Shown piece by piece: positions 1 through 13,500 of a DNA stretch of 64,000 nucleotides (within the stretch, counting starts at the first letter, position 1; each line of letters opens with the position of its first letter). Source of the stretch: Eledone cirrhosa (Eukaryota); contig OZ024742.1 in assembly GCA_964016885.1 (NCBI GenBank), positions 308,016,001 through 308,080,000 on the forward strand. The letters are read 5' to 3'. Under the pieces are notes generated by a model. The model worked only from the letters and a program-made list of their open reading frames with translations, ran no database searches and was not told where the DNA came from. Made by a program: the position numbers and the translations under genes.

Positions 1-49
1 AGTTTGTGAGATGATCTAATATAGATTCTTTTAGTATTAAACTTCAAAG

Positions 50-290
50 GTCAGTTAGAATATTAGGATATAGAAGGTGAACTGTGAGGGGCCGTGTCGT
101 AATCTTGTACTGGTTGTTTTTAACATTCAGTTTCAATGTTCAGTTAGATATATTGGAATATAAAGGTTTATCGGGTTCTTGATCTTATACTGACTCTTTT
201 AATGTTCATTTTCTGTAAGAAATCTTGAGTATTAGAAGTTGAGCTGTGAGGGGTCGTTATCTTGTACTTGTTTTATACTATTCAGATTCT
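50..290. repeat. Degenerate tandem repeat, about 3 units of about 85-90 bp
   Basis: Recurring motifs tatt(a/g)ga-tat-aagg, ctgtgagggg and atctt(g/a)tact at roughly 85-90 bp spacing. Confidence 0.35.
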
Positions 291-945
291 TTTCATACAT
301 TTTTACATTGGCACAATGCCATGCAGTTCGAAGCAGTTTTATTTGATTAAATTACTAGTACTTACGTCATTGATCACCCTCTAAGTCTACATTTTTTTTG
401 TTTAATTCAAGGTTTCCTTCTAAATAGTTTGATTTAAGGGAGTTTCTCTTCATACTTGTTCCCTACATCTCAGTGTTGCATTGACAACAATCCTCAGGGC
501 TAGAATTAGACAAAAAACTCTTGTAAGTGCTTTAGATATTTTCTCAATGTATATTCTTTGTTGCTACTAAATATATTCTTCTGAAAATAATAATGAGCCG
601 CTATGGATATAATTATGCCCTTAACCCATTTGGGACGGTGCTCTGTTCATATTTCGAAAAGAAATTGACATTGGAGACAACCTGAGCGTAACAAACTCCA
701 AGTGAGCTATTTTCGTTTGGATATGTATGTATAAGTGTTTGTATATCAATTTTCATGTTTTACCGTAAATGAGACATTGTATCACTATCGTTAAGTAATT
801 TCTCAAAACAGTTTTGTTTTTCCTTAGAATAACTTTGTTTACACTGGTTTAATGTTTCTGCATTTCGTCCTGCTATAGAATATACTTCTACCGACATGCT
901 TTGTTGAGTATCTGCGAACAAAGAAAAAAGAGTTGACCTGAAATA

Positions 946-1164
946 ATTATGGTTTCTGATATAGGTATAAGGCCATCAATTTTGGGGTAAGGGAAAGTCG
1001 ATTAAATCGACCCCCAGTGCGTACTTTATTTTATCGACCGCGTAAGGATGAAAGTCAAAGGTAACCTCGGCAGGATTTGAAATCACATCATAAAGGAACG
1101 TAACTCTATACTGCAAAGCATGCCGTCCGACCCTCTACCGATTCTGCCAACCCACCGCCCTTGA
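946..1164 (-). mobile_element. tRNA-derived SINE, older copy
   Basis: Minus strand reads ggcggtgggttggcagaatcggtagag (A-box-like) and gatttcaaatcc (B-box-like). Homologous to three other copies in the window. Flanked by ttgacctgaaata at 933-945 and 1167-1179. Confidence 0.8.
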
Positions 1165-1183
1165 AATTGACCTGAAATATAAT

Positions 1184-1367
1184 TGTTTCTACTTTAGGCA
1201 CAAGGCCAGCAATTACCCAGTGCATTACTGGTACTTTATTTTATCGACCTCGTAAGGATGAAAGGCAAAGTCAACCTCGGCGGGATTTGAACTCAGATCG
1301 TAAAGGGACGTAACTATACTGGAAAGCATGGCGTCCGACCCTCTACCGATACTGCCAATCCACCGCC
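1184..1367 (-). mobile_element. tRNA-derived SINE with 19-bp target site duplication
   Basis: A-box-like tggcagtatcgg and B box gagttcaaatcc on the minus strand. TSD aattgacctgaaatataat at 1165-1183 and 1368-1386. Confidence 0.9.
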
Positions 1368-1615
1368 AATTGACCTGAAATATAATGAAATACACATTCA
1401 TCTTTCTTTAAATTTATTCTAAAACAAACAACAAATATCATCCAAATTTGTTAAAGGTCAAACAGACGTATCTGTCTGTTAGAGTAAAAAAACAACTCTA
1501 ATAATGGTTGTCGCGTAACACCTGATAGAGTCTCAGGGTCGCCGTATTGACATACGGCATTTCTTGGACACTTTAAACCTGGCGGATTCTATCCCTCTCC
1601 AGACTCCAATAATAC

Positions 1616-1616
1616 A

Positions 1617-1650
<34 letters not shown>

Positions 1651-1668
1651 GTGTGTGTGTGTGTGTGT

Positions 1669-1749
<81 letters not shown>
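1616..1749. repeat. Compound (TC)n(TA)n(TG)n microsatellite
   Basis: Read directly. Confidence 0.95.
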
Positions 1750-1751
<2 letters not shown>

Positions 1752-2340
1752 CAGGGGTTGGAGAAAATAATGGAAACACCTTAAAATTTCAAACAAATTT
1801 ATTTTAATATGGAGGTAGGACCGGATTTGTGCAGCACCCGGCGAATAGTTTTTGTGGAAACTGGGTTCTCGAGGTGGTTCTTAAGCTCTGCTCTAATTTT
1901 GGAAGCTCTACTTTTGTGATCCTTTCTAACAATTCGCGTAAGAATCCGACGGTCCCTATCTGAAAGTTTTGGTTTTTCTTCCGGTGTTTTGTTTCGACGA
2001 GGAGGTTTTTACCCTCTTTCTCAAAGGCTGTCATTACTTTCGAGACAGTACTTCTTGATACACCAAACATTTCGGCTGTTTTCGTTACGTTAGCGCCTGC
2101 CATACGAGCACCAACAATTTGACCTCTTTCAAAGTCCGATAGATCTGTCATTTTAATACATTTTAATTACTTTTTTCTGATGATATCTGAAAAGAAACAG
2201 CAATTTTAACAAAACATATTAAGCAACACTAATAATAAATCAAAAACCATAAAAATAAACAAGCTTTTGAAGGTTTTATTCATATTTCAAAATTATGATG
2301 CTATGATGATAGGTGTTTCCATTATTTTGTCCAACCCCTG
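1752..2340 (-). mobile_element. Non-autonomous (internally deleted) Tc1/mariner DNA transposon
   Basis: 29-bp TIRs caggggttgg(a g/c)aaaataatggaaacacc at 1752-1780 and 2312-2340 (1 mismatch), TA dinucleotide on each side, transposase remnant inside. Confidence 0.92.
1804..2151 (-). pseudogene. Tc1-like transposase N-terminal HTH fragment
   Basis: MTDLSDFERGQIVGARMAGANVTKTAEMFGVSRSTVSKV is a typical Tc1 paired-like HTH start. Frameshifted afterwards, no DDE domain. Confidence 0.85.
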
Positions 2341-2625
<285 letters not shown>

Positions 2626-2822
2626 TTATTAAAATAACAGATTAAAGTTTAAGCAAAGAATCGCTGCTTTCACCCTTAACGGGATCTTCTGAAACTAACA
2701 AAGTCAATCTGTAAACGCAGAACTGGATATTTCAAAAAACGTTGCAACCGGAGGAAGACAGGAAAACGACACTTTGGTTCGTGGAAACGTTCGCTGGCAA
2801 AGAACGGGAAAAAACGAATAAT

Positions 2823-3000
2823 TGTTTCTACTTTAGGCACAAGGCCAGCAATTAACCAGTGCATTACTGGTACTTTATTTTATCGACCCCGTAAGGATGA
2901 AAGGCAAAGTCAACCTCGGCGGGATTTGAACTCAGATCGTAAAGGGACGTAACTATGCTAGAAAGCATGGCGTCCGTCCCTCTACCGATACTGCCAATCC
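2823..3000 (-). mobile_element. tRNA-derived SINE inserted in the PLE pseudo-LTR
   Basis: TSD aacgaataat at 2813-2822 and 3001-3010. The empty site is visible in the other pLTR copy near 6255. Confidence 0.92.
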
Positions 3001-3810
3001 AACGAATAATACGTCATTAATAGGAGCGGTGAAAAGCAATTACGCGCAAAGACAGAACCATGTTTATGGTATAAAAGAGGTCGTAGACTAATGTTCTCTG
3101 AGGTGGTGCATAGAGACGTTCTCTGACAATGAACGAAAAAACGAAGATAATACGTCATATGTGGATCGTGGAGAACAATAACACGCAAAGACAAAACCAC
3201 GTAAATGGTATAGCAGAAGTCATAGACTAAAATTCTAACTAGGAGACCAAATGAATCTCCCCTACAGAGTTAAGAACAAAGTAAATAAATACAATACAGA
3301 AGTAATAGAAATAAATAAATACATACACGCAAACAAATACGTACATACACAAGCATACGCAAAACCTTACCATAGGTATACAAAACCACGCATATATAAA
3401 TATGTGTGTGTGTGTATGCGTGTATACAAATAAATAAATAGTTATATAAACGTATATAAATAAATAAATACGTATATAACAAGCGCACACACATACCTAC
3501 ATATAAATACACGAATGTTCGGAGACGTAAGTCAACTAAAACAAGAAGTACACATATACACGCACCCACCATACGTTCGAACCTGCATACTCACACAGAC
3601 GCAAAAGTCCCGTATACACATAGCCAAACCCTATGTACCAGAATATATAAAATTATACGCCATAACAATCAAATATAGGTACGAGAAGGTATACGTACCT
3701 TCACAAACATACGGGTAGTATATACTTACCTATGCAAATAAGTAAAGGAATAAACAAAACATATACTTAGCTCCCACATCAAGACGTGAAATATCCACGT
3801 ATAGATCGTA

Positions 3811-5932
3811 CTATCCGTTAGGGTATAACGTGGGGCTGTAATACAGGAAAGTTTTGTGCAATTTATGTTTACAAGCCGAAATTGCCTCAGATTTTTTGTG
3901 TAATATGTGGTCTGTGGCGTAGAGTATTTCCAGGGCCTCAGCGGCGCAGAGGTCACATGGTCTTTTATTTCCGTTATACGATCTAGCCCTAGCTAGGATC
4001 TCCCAGTGTAACTTATATTGGGTGTGGTTGACTTTTAGACTCCAGATATAAGCTGAAAGTGACGTCATATTCCTTCTTAGAGGGTAACGAAAAGAATGGG
4101 TATGCATGTAAAGACGCTGCTTGAAACTATTGGCGGTTAACCCTATGTAGGCCCTACGGGGTGTTACAATCTTACATTTGTAGACAATGTTACTAGAGAG
4201 GCATTTCCCGGATAGGGGCAATCAGCCCGATTCCTACAATTACAGTTAGTACCAACTACAGGGTAGCACGTGTTCCTACGGCTAGGTAGTTTAGCTAAAT
4301 TTGAAGCTGTGATGTGATGTGCAAGGTTAGGAGTCGTAGAGTAAGAAATTTTAATAGTATTTCTATTAAAAATTTTACTATATTTATGTGTAGGGGAAAA
4401 TGCTTCGTAATAAGGGAAAGAAAGATATTAGCTAATGGTGTGGCCACCTCCATATTATATGGTGGGTTATACCAACAAATGCGATGGGATCTATTTCTTC
4501 TAGGTCTATATTCGTACTCTGTATATGCTACCTTATCGAACAATCCACTTCGAGCAAGAGCTTCATTGTAATAAGTGGAATGGTCGTTGAAAATACGCTC
4601 GTTGGTGGAAAGACGGGAAAGCCTCAACGAAACGTTTCTTACCAGGTTCTTGGTTATGCTGGCAGGATGGTTGGAATGCTTACTTATGTAATTAAGCGTA
4701 TCATTCGGCTTTCTATACGAGTAATACAACCCATTCAATACATTGAAGGTAACGTCGAGGTAATTAACGACCGAGAGATTGGCCTCAACCTGTATAGAGA
4801 GGTTGAAGCCTTTAAAGAAGGCTGTGAGTTCTTTTCTGAACCTGTCGCAAGCACGAGGTCCGCACTTAGTCATGGTCAAAAGACCATCGTCACGGTACAC
4901 ACCCCCACCCGCGTTGGGGAATTCGTCCTTCATAGAGAAAAGAAGGAAAAGGCCAATAAGATCAGTAACCTCCGCAGAGTCGCTGGCGCCCATACTTACG
5001 TCGAATGGGGTACTATTGGATTTTTTAATCCAAATAGAGTCGTCGAAATTAATCACCGACTTTCGAGCATTGAGGATGACATCAACTTCGAAACCCTTAA
5101 CCACTGTGAGTGTTTTAGCGAAATTGATAGCTCTAAGGAGAAGTGGTAAAGTAATGGAAGAGTAGTAATTGTTGATGTCGAATTGGATAAAACGGCAATG
5201 TTCCTTGTTACATATGCCGTTGAACCAATGAATCACCGCGAAAGAATTGTTCCACAGTGCAAGAGGGGCCAAACTTCTAATTTCAGGTATAATTCTATCA
5301 AGAGTCGTTTTACTAAGTCTACCTAAATCGGACTTCGTAGGGTTAATAAGCCGAATAGACGGGTTGTTCGGAAAATTGGATTTGTGATCCTTCAGGGAAA
5401 AGTGGGGAGAAATAGGGTCCAGAGGTTCGGTCCGGTCCAGGATGTTGAGATCAGATGTGATTTTAAACCCAGCATCGTTGATTTCATTGATGACGCACCG
5501 ATTAGTTTTACGGTAATCCTTAGTTACAGCATTATGTAGTAGTTGATGGTAAGTACTGCGCTCCACTTGATATAGGTTGCCAGTTTTGTCGGAATGGACG
5601 TGCACGGCGTTAGAATCCTTAATAGAACGAATTCTATTCTTCAGGTCTTGCTGGAAAGAATTGCTCCTATTCCGAAATTTGATACTCCGAATGAGTTCCA
5701 AGACATCATTTTCGAAGGGTAGCAATGCTGGGTTCCACGGGAGGTTATTATAGGTATTAAATCCTAATTTATCCTGTTTGTTGTCTGCTTTTCGCGGATT
5801 ATCGAAATAAAAGGCACGCCAAAGCAACCTTTTAATGAACGCGCCTGTTTTCTGTATCAGGAGTTTTAGGTATGTTTTCCTGCTTGGTACGGGTATGTTC
5901 TTTGTAGAAATATTCAGATGTTGTTTCTGCAT
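3811..5932 (-). pseudogene. PLE reverse transcriptase-GIY-YIG endonuclease with two 1-nt frameshifts
   Basis: RT motifs FIQFDINNYY, MGASDSAEVTDLIG, YRDDGL. Linker WYNPPY and CNCRNRADC. Endonuclease IVY..YIGLT..FKQR. Breaks fall in C-runs near 4393 and 4216. Confidence 0.88.
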
Positions 5933-6290
5933 GATGAATATAAGTCAGTAGAGTGCTCAACCGAGGGAGCCAAATAGTAAGAATAATAAATTCGAAGACT
6001 AAAATCCAATAAGGGCTCGATATGGATAGATATATATCAAATATATAAGAACCGTAGAGCAAATATTTATTAAAATAACAGATTAAAATTTAAGCAAAGA
6101 ATCGCTGCATTCACCCTTAACGGGATCTTCTGAAACTAACAAAGTCAATCTGTAAACGCAGAACTGGATATTTCAAAAAACGTTGCAACCGGAGGAAGAC
6201 AGGAAAACGACACTTTGGTTCGTTGAAACGTTCGCTGGCAAAGAACGGGAAAAAACGAATAATACGTCATTAATAGGAGCGGTGAAAAGC

Positions 6291-6341
<51 letters not shown>

Positions 6342-6343
<2 letters not shown>

Positions 6344-6927
6344 CTCTTTTACTCTTTTACTCTTTTACTCTTTTACCTGTTTCAGCCATCCGGCTGAGGC
6401 CATGCTGGGGCACCACCCTTGTTGCTACACATTTTATCTCCAGCCTGTATAGGTTGGCCAGTGGTGTAAGAGGGAGTTTGTTGCTGCTGCTCTTAGGTTT
6501 CCCTCGTGTCTTGCTGTGGGCTTATCCGGGATCCTGGATAACAAGGTGTCGAGATGTTTCTTAAAGACATCCACCTCCACGTCATGCAAGTCTCGCAGAT
6601 GCCTCGGCAGCCTGTTGAAGAGTTGAGGGCCCTTGAATCCCAGGCTATTGCAATACCTGCTCCTTATTCTAGATGTGGAAACGGGACCTTTGGCACCAGA
6701 CAGTGACGTCCTGTTCGACGGTTGGTCCGGCTCCCAATGTCAAAGTTTGGTGCTAGTCCCTCCAGGATTTTCCACATGTAGATCACTGCGTATCTCTCCC
6801 GTCTTCGCTCCAAGGAGTAGAGGTTCAGTTCCTTTAGCCTCTCCCGGTAGATTGCCTCCCTCATCTTGGCAATCCTCTTGGTGTAGCTTCGCTGCATTGC
6901 CTCAAGCTCCGTGGTTAGTTTGACACT
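6342..6927 (-). mobile_element. 3' fragment of a CR1/L2-type LINE with (GAGTAAAA)n tail
   Basis: [30 protein letters not shown] is the CR1 RT C-terminus. 8-mer tandem tail at 6342-6376. Confidence 0.85.
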
Positions 6928-6942
6928 ATATGTATATATATG

Positions 6943-6997
<55 letters not shown>

Positions 6998-6998
6998 G

Positions 6999-7089
<91 letters not shown>

Positions 7090-7157
7090 GTATATATATA
7101 TGTACATATATATATGTATATATATGTATATATATGTATATATATATATATATATAT
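6928..7157. repeat. (TA)n array with TG interruptions
   Basis: Read directly. Confidence 0.95.
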
Positions 7158-7203
7158 GGAGAAAAAATTTACGAAATGGAAATGCGGGTATATAAAATTT
7201 ATT

Positions 7204-7320
7204 AGGTAACAATTGTTTCTATCGTGTATGAGTTACCTATACCTCGCTATTTGAATAATACACAAATATTATCAAAAACCGAAAGTACACTGTAAGCCAA
7301 CACACCATGTCATCAGACCT
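7204..7320 (-). ncRNA. Type-I hammerhead ribozyme candidate with long stem II
   Basis: AGGT-CTGATGA-(about 90 nt, imperfect closing helix)-GAAA-CAATTG-TT-ACCT. Palindromic stem III acaattgt. Confidence 0.6.
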
Positions 7321-7648
7321 TTGTATTAGAATGATATGAAAATATTTTATACACTAGATAAAAGATAAAGAAGGAGGTAGGAAGAGAAGGGGAAGAGGGA
7401 AGTGAGTAAGGTGGAGGGAGTCTTAGGGTTTAAGACTGTCAGACTAGTAGAGATTGTGAAGAGAGAATGTTTTGGCAGCAGTTAGCTTAATGAGGCGTGC
7501 TAAGGTTGGCTGGGAAGTAGATACTTCTAGTGGTGTTGTTCGGACAAAATTTAGTTAGAGGGGTCAAAGTGGTACAATGTCACAGACAAGTTATTAGGGC
7601 TATTATAGTAGCAGGTTATTTCTAAAGGGGTCCAGAAAAACAGTGTTT

Positions 7649-9811
7649 AAGCAGCGCACAAGGGATGGTGAGGTAGTGTGTCTACCCACAGATAAGTCTG
7701 GTAGGATGTCAATAGATAGCATGCCGAACTACATCGAGGCAATGCAACCCCACATCACCAACACGAGCGAAGTTGCACAACTAACACACGATGGGAGAGA
7801 AAAAATCCTCAACGCTCACATGATGATGTGGACTGACATCCTAAAGCCAAGCAGACGCACTGCCAACAACTTCCAGGCGTCTAACAATGGCATACCACCC
7901 TTGTATGGGCTCCGCAAAGACCACAAGACAGTCGACGACCCGACAATAGGACCACCAACAAGACCTGTATGCGGAGCTAATATAGCTAGCAACTACAGGA
8001 TCTCCTACTTCCTCTCAATGGTTATACGCCCCATAATCAAGATGTCCCCAGATGTATGTGAAAGTACAGAGGACCTCCTCAGCAGAATCAGTGAGTGCAA
8101 CAAAAACAGGAGCCTATCCAACTGCATAATAGGCAGCATGGATGTGGTGTCACTGTACCCATCCATTAACATTGATTTTGCTGTGAAAAGATGTGTGGAG
8201 ATGATCATTGAGAGTGAGGTGGAGTTCTGCGACGTCGACACAGACGAACTGGGCCTCCTACTTAGACTTACCTACGACACTGACTACCTAGACAGCCATG
8301 ACCTTAGATGTTTCTGCCCTAGTAGACCTATAAGAGGTAGACCCCCCACCATAACCTCAATGGCTAAAAAGACTCCCATAGGAAGGTGGATTGGGTGGAC
8401 CAAAGCTATACGGACCCCCCAAAACACTGATCAGGTAAGAAAAATGGTCGCACATGCAATAGGGGCTAGTATCAAAACTACCCTAAAGGGCCACATATTT
8501 AAGTTCAATGAGAAAATCTACACCCAAAATGAGGGAGCAGCCATCGGCGTCAGCATAGCTGGCGATGTTGCCAACCTTTTCATGGTATGGTGGGAAAGGA
8601 GACTTAAAGATCTCCTTAATGAAAGCTCCATAGACCTCATCATGTACTCTCGTTATGTAGACGATATCAATATAGTTATAAGAACACCCCCACTAGACAG
8701 CACTAACAAGTTTGATTTAGAACGTAGCACGATGGAAAGCATCCAGCAGATAGCTAATTCCATACACCAGAGTATAACTGTAACTATAGACTTCCCTTCC
8801 AAACACCCTAACAATAGACTACCTGTATTAGACACAGAACTCTGGATTAACACTATAGACGAGAGAGCCCAAATTCTCCACTCACACTATGCTAAACCCA
8901 TGGCCTCCAAATACCTGATACTCAAAAACTCAGCAATGTCCAGTAGTGCTAAGTTTAATATTCTGATCGCAGATTTGGTACGAGTGATGAAGAATGTGTC
9001 CATCATGTGCGACCCAACAGAAATGGAAGGACACATCCAACACTTCATCAACCGCATGCAGTTCTCTGGCTACAACCAAAGAGACAGAGTCAGAGTATAC
9101 GAAGGAGCCATGGAAAAGTATAAGACCCTCATAGAACTGGACATGAAAGGAATTTGCCCACTATACAGGAGCAAATCATGGAATAGCTTAGATAGGGCTA
9201 GACATAAGATAGGGAAGGCCACATCATGGTACGACAACCAGAGATATCAGAGTGTCATGTTTGTGGACGCCACCCCTGGAGGGAAATTAGCTAACCAGTG
9301 TAGAAAGGCCCTGAGAAAGACCCACTTAAAAATAAAGGTGGTAGAAAAGCCAGGAACCACCATAAAATCCCTGATCAGCAAAACCTACCCTTTTAAGAAA
9401 ACCCACTGTACCAATAGGAAATGTATCATATGTAAGGTGAACCCCCGGATAAACTGTAAAACTAGAAACGTAGTCTATAGCATAAGATGTACAGAGGGTA
9501 CTTGCAGAAACACGACAACAACATACATAGGTGAGACAGCTCGTAGCATAGGTGAAAGGATAGACCAACACTGGGGGGAACTAAAAGGACGAAAAAACGG
9601 GTCAGTACTATACGAACATGCTAGACAACATCATGACGGTAACATAGACAACATAGAAATTAGAATAATATCTAAACATAGGAATGACCCAGCAGATAGG
9701 CAAATCAGAGAGGCCAGTGAAATAGAAATTAGAAGACCAAAGCTAAACAGAAAGAATGAGTGGAACAACAACAACACCCAAACAAACAACACTGACCTAA
9801 GAGAAGTATAA
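7649..9811 (+). pseudogene. PLE RT-GIY-YIG, open frame lacking the N-terminal about 490 aa
   Basis: PTDKSG, SMDVVSLYPSI, QNEGAAIG, RYVDD, VVY..YIGETARS. The ORF-track start at 7643 comes from flanking DNA. Confidence 0.9.
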
Positions 9812-10086
9812 ATAAATAAGTAAATTAAATTAAATAAAATAAGATAAATAAATACATACACAAGCACATAAACACACACTAGTCACCCAGCAGACAACAC
9901 TATACACACTAGTCACACATCACACATCACACATAACACTATACACACACGCAAACGCATGCGCAAAGAAGACAAAATAAAATAAGATAAACAAACAAGC
10001 AAATAAATAAATAAATATATAGACAGACTGAACAAAAAAAATGGCGTAGACATACAACACAACAGGAGGAACAATGAATATAACAC

Positions 10087-10124
10087 CACTGACGATGTTG
10101 CAGATGTGCAACGAAAGATTTATG
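10087..10124 (+). ncRNA. Hammerhead-like motif in the PLE family B pLTR (copies at 44115-44142 -, 48245-48272 -, 49915-49942 +)
   Basis: CTGACGA-t-GTTGCA-gatg-TGCAAC-GAAA-GATTTA. Core and stem II are perfect but stem I is only about 2 bp. Confidence 0.55.
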
Positions 10125-10525
10125 TAAACTATATATATATGTGTTTGTCTATATTGTATCTGTATTATTTTTGACCGCCGGTCAGTCAATGGCAACATTG
10201 AGGACCGAGTAAGCTAGATCGCAGATATATATATATAAAAGACAGCGAGAAGCGAAAACCAACCAAACAGTGAGTGTGTTCTGTTATTAATTCTGGCAAT
10301 ATTACGCAAATATGACCCTCCCCAAATATAACAATATATATATATAGGTATATATATATATATATAGGTATATATATATATATATATAGGTATATATATA
10401 TATATAGGTATATATATATATATATATAGATATATATATATATATATATAACTTTGAAATGTTTTGGCCAGTATTGGCCCAGGCCATGTCTAACTTAATA
10501 GCACCACCTGGCGAAGTCTTTCAAT

Positions 10526-13500
10526 TCAGGATTTGGGCACCATGGCCCATTCGAGAAGAGAATTACTGTTTGCGGAGACATATCCGGGTGTGGGTGGTTT
10601 GTCCGGGATTACTTGGAGGAATTTGTCCAAAGACTTCTTGAATTTTGTGTGGTCAGTTTCTGTTTTGACGTGTCCTGGTGTGATGTTGAAGAGAGCAGGG
10701 CCGATTGAGGTGAAATAATTGTGCCGTATTGTTGTTATGAGTTGCGATTTAGATTTTTGAATGGGACGGATAGCACGGGGCCCAAGCCTTGGGTGTATCT
10801 TGAAGGCGATGCCAACATCATTTGGGCAGTGATGATGGAACATTTTCCACATCATGCAGATAATATAACGCTCACGGCGACGTTGGAGTGAGTAAAGTTT
10901 CAGGTTTTCCAATCGACCCCAGTAGTCAAGGTCTGACATGCCATCTATCTTTTTCGTGATTGCCCTTTGAGGAGCTTCAAGTTTCATGATACTTTGTTTC
11001 GTGTGGGGAGACCACAGTGGACAACAGTATTCAAGGTGTGGTCGGGCGAAAGTAGAGAAGATAAGGATAATGGTGCGGGAATCTCTCGACTGGAAGGTTC
11101 TGAGGATCCAGGAACACATTCTGCGGGCCATGTCAACTTTGCTGCTTATATGCGTGGTCCAGCTTATGTTGCTGTCCACGGTTACTCCCAAGTCTCTGAT
11201 GTTGTTAGATGCCACGAGAGTTTCCCCGGAGGGAAGGGAGTACGGGAGTTTCAGAGCATCCTCTTTTCCAAAGTGGATCAGTTCGAATTTGTCTTCGTTC
11301 AGTAACATGTTGTTCTTTTCTGCCCATTGGGTAACAGCCAGTAGGTCTGACTGAAGGCTTATCCGGTCATCCACGCCATTGATGACCTTTTGGAGCTTGG
11401 AATCATCAGCGAAAATTTTAATGTTGCTGTGTTTGATGATGTCAGTGATGTCATTAATATAGATGATGAAGAGAAGTGGGCCCAACACAGTGCCTTGTGG
11501 GACTCCACTACTGACTTTGGCTGGGTTGGATTTGACTCCTTCGACTACAACATGTTGGGTTCTGTTTGACAGGAAGCTCTTGATCCACTGCAGCAGCTTT
11601 CCAGTGACACCAATATTGGACAGCTTTCTCAGTAGAATGTTATGATCAACCCTGTCAAAGGCCTTGCTGAAATCAAGGTAGATAACATCAGTGTTGGAAC
11701 CCTCTCCCAAGGCTCTCAAAATGTCATCAAAGTGATGCAGTAGTTGCGTCAGGCAATCCCTTCCATTACGGAATCCATGCTGGTTGGAGTTCAGCATATT
11801 GTTACTCTCAAGGAAGTGGGTCATTCGCGATCTCACCACTCGCTCAAATACCTTAATGATATGAGAGGTGAGTGAGATTGGACGGTAATTCACGGCAAGG
11901 GATTTGTTTCCCTTTTTGAAAACTGGGACAACAGACTGGGATAGAAGGTTTTCTGGCACATATCCAGCATCCAGTGAGTTCCGCCACAGATTGGCAAGAG
12001 GAGAAGCAAGTTGGTGTTGACACGCCTTCAAGACACAAGCAGGGAACCTATCGGGACCTACTGCTGAATTATGCTTGATTTCCTTTATTGCCGCCAAGAC
12101 ATCAGGGGCGCCAAACGTTATGTCCGATAAGGTGTAATGGGGAGTAACATCGCCGATACAGCCCAGATCGGCCATATCAGGATTGCTGAAAACAGAGCAG
12201 TATTGTTTCTGCAGTATCTCACCCATGGTTTTAGCATTGTCTTGAAGAGTGCCATTTTCATCAATTAGAGGGCCAACAGTAGAGCCAGTGATTTTGTGTT
12301 TTTTTGCAAATGAAAAGAACACTTTGGGATTGAGTTTGATCTTCTCAATGGCCCAGGCCTCTTCAGCTCTTCTCTGATTGTTGATGAGGGACATTATGTT
12401 GTTTTGGAGGTTATGTTTTTTAATCTCTAGTGATGAAATGGCAGTCAAGTTGATGTGTTGCTGCTGACAGTATTTCAGATTGTTGATTTTTTTGTTCGTT
12501 CTCTTAATTTTTCTGATGAGCGTTTTTCTATTTCTAGGGATTCTGCTCTTAGATTTGTTTATAGTTCTTAATGGGGTGTGTTTAGCACATATGTTTGTAA
12601 CAGTGTCCACAAATGTCTGCCAGGACTTTTTGATGTTAGTGGGTGTATGAGTGTGCGTGAAGGACCAGTCGACATGTGCAAGATCATGACTGATCGCTTC
12701 CCAGTTTGCATTGTGGAAATCCATAGCGTCAAACGGATGGACAGGAGAAATGACATTGGGTTTGTATATTGGACGGTGGAATCTCAGATCACAGAGAACC
12801 ATGTCATGATCAGAGAGTAGAGTTTTCTCCACTGCAATATTGTGGATATTGTCAGTGTGATTGCTGAAAATTAAGTCTAGGACGTTTTTGTGGCACCTCG
12901 TTGGTTCGAGCACTAGTTGGGATAGGAAGAAATCATCCATGAAGTCAAGAAGCGATTCCACAGCTTCCCTGTCAGAGGTTGAGGCAGAAGAACCTGGTGG
13001 CAGGGTGTTTGTGGACCAGTCAACTCCGGGGAGGTTGAAGTCCCCCATCATTAAGATGTTGTCAGGGTGACACTCTTGGATGAAACACTTTATGCTGTTG
13101 AGGCATTCCTTGAAGCATGGTACAGGCGTTTGGGGTGGCCTATAGAGCCCAACTACTAATAGGTTGTTGGTTTGACTGAATACAGTGACTGCCTCACAGT
13201 ATCCATTAGTGAATATGTTCATAGCCTCTGTTGAGAAAGAATTATGGACATAAATGGCAGTTCCGCCCTTTCTTCTGCCAGCGCGATCAGCACGGATGGC
13301 TTTGAAATTTTTCACTTTCACCTCGGCTTCCAAGTGGAGGTTACTGAGATGGGTTTCAGTGAGGACGAAGAAAGGGATGTGGTTTGGATGGACATCAATC
13401 CAGTCCTCCAGGAATTTGATCTTCCATTTTTGAGTATTGGTGGAAGGGCTGATGCCTTGGGCGTTAAGCAAAAATGTAGAGGCGAGAGTGGATGGTTTTA

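Larger units (their letters stand above)
2622..6295 (-). mobile_element. Penelope-like element, family A (probably Hydra group), near full length with direct pseudo-LTRs
   Basis: RT and GIY-YIG coding region. About 230-bp direct repeats at 2622-3042 (interrupted by a SINE) and 6063-6295. Both ends abut (TA)n. Confidence 0.88.
7649..10337 (+). mobile_element. PLE family B, 5'-truncated copy
   Basis: Reverse complement of 43894-46582. Ends in a pLTR containing the first codons of its own ORF (MTLPKYNN), then (TA)n. Confidence 0.93.

Noticed and set aside
621-640. ttaaccc start resembling a piggyBac end
   Set aside because: No matching gggttaa end found
1510-1570. Hairpin gccgtat-tgac-atacggc with nearby CTGA and GAAA
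   Set aside because: Motif order and spacing do not fit any hammerhead topology
2660-2695. Hammerhead-like CAGAAGA-tccc..gggt-GAAA in the family A pLTR (minus strand)
   Set aside because: Core mismatch, no stem I, no valid NUH, and stem III differs in the second copy
4314-5165. Plus-strand ORFs inside PLE A, and similar antisense ORFs in other elements
   Set aside because: Shadows of the coding strand with no recognisable motifs
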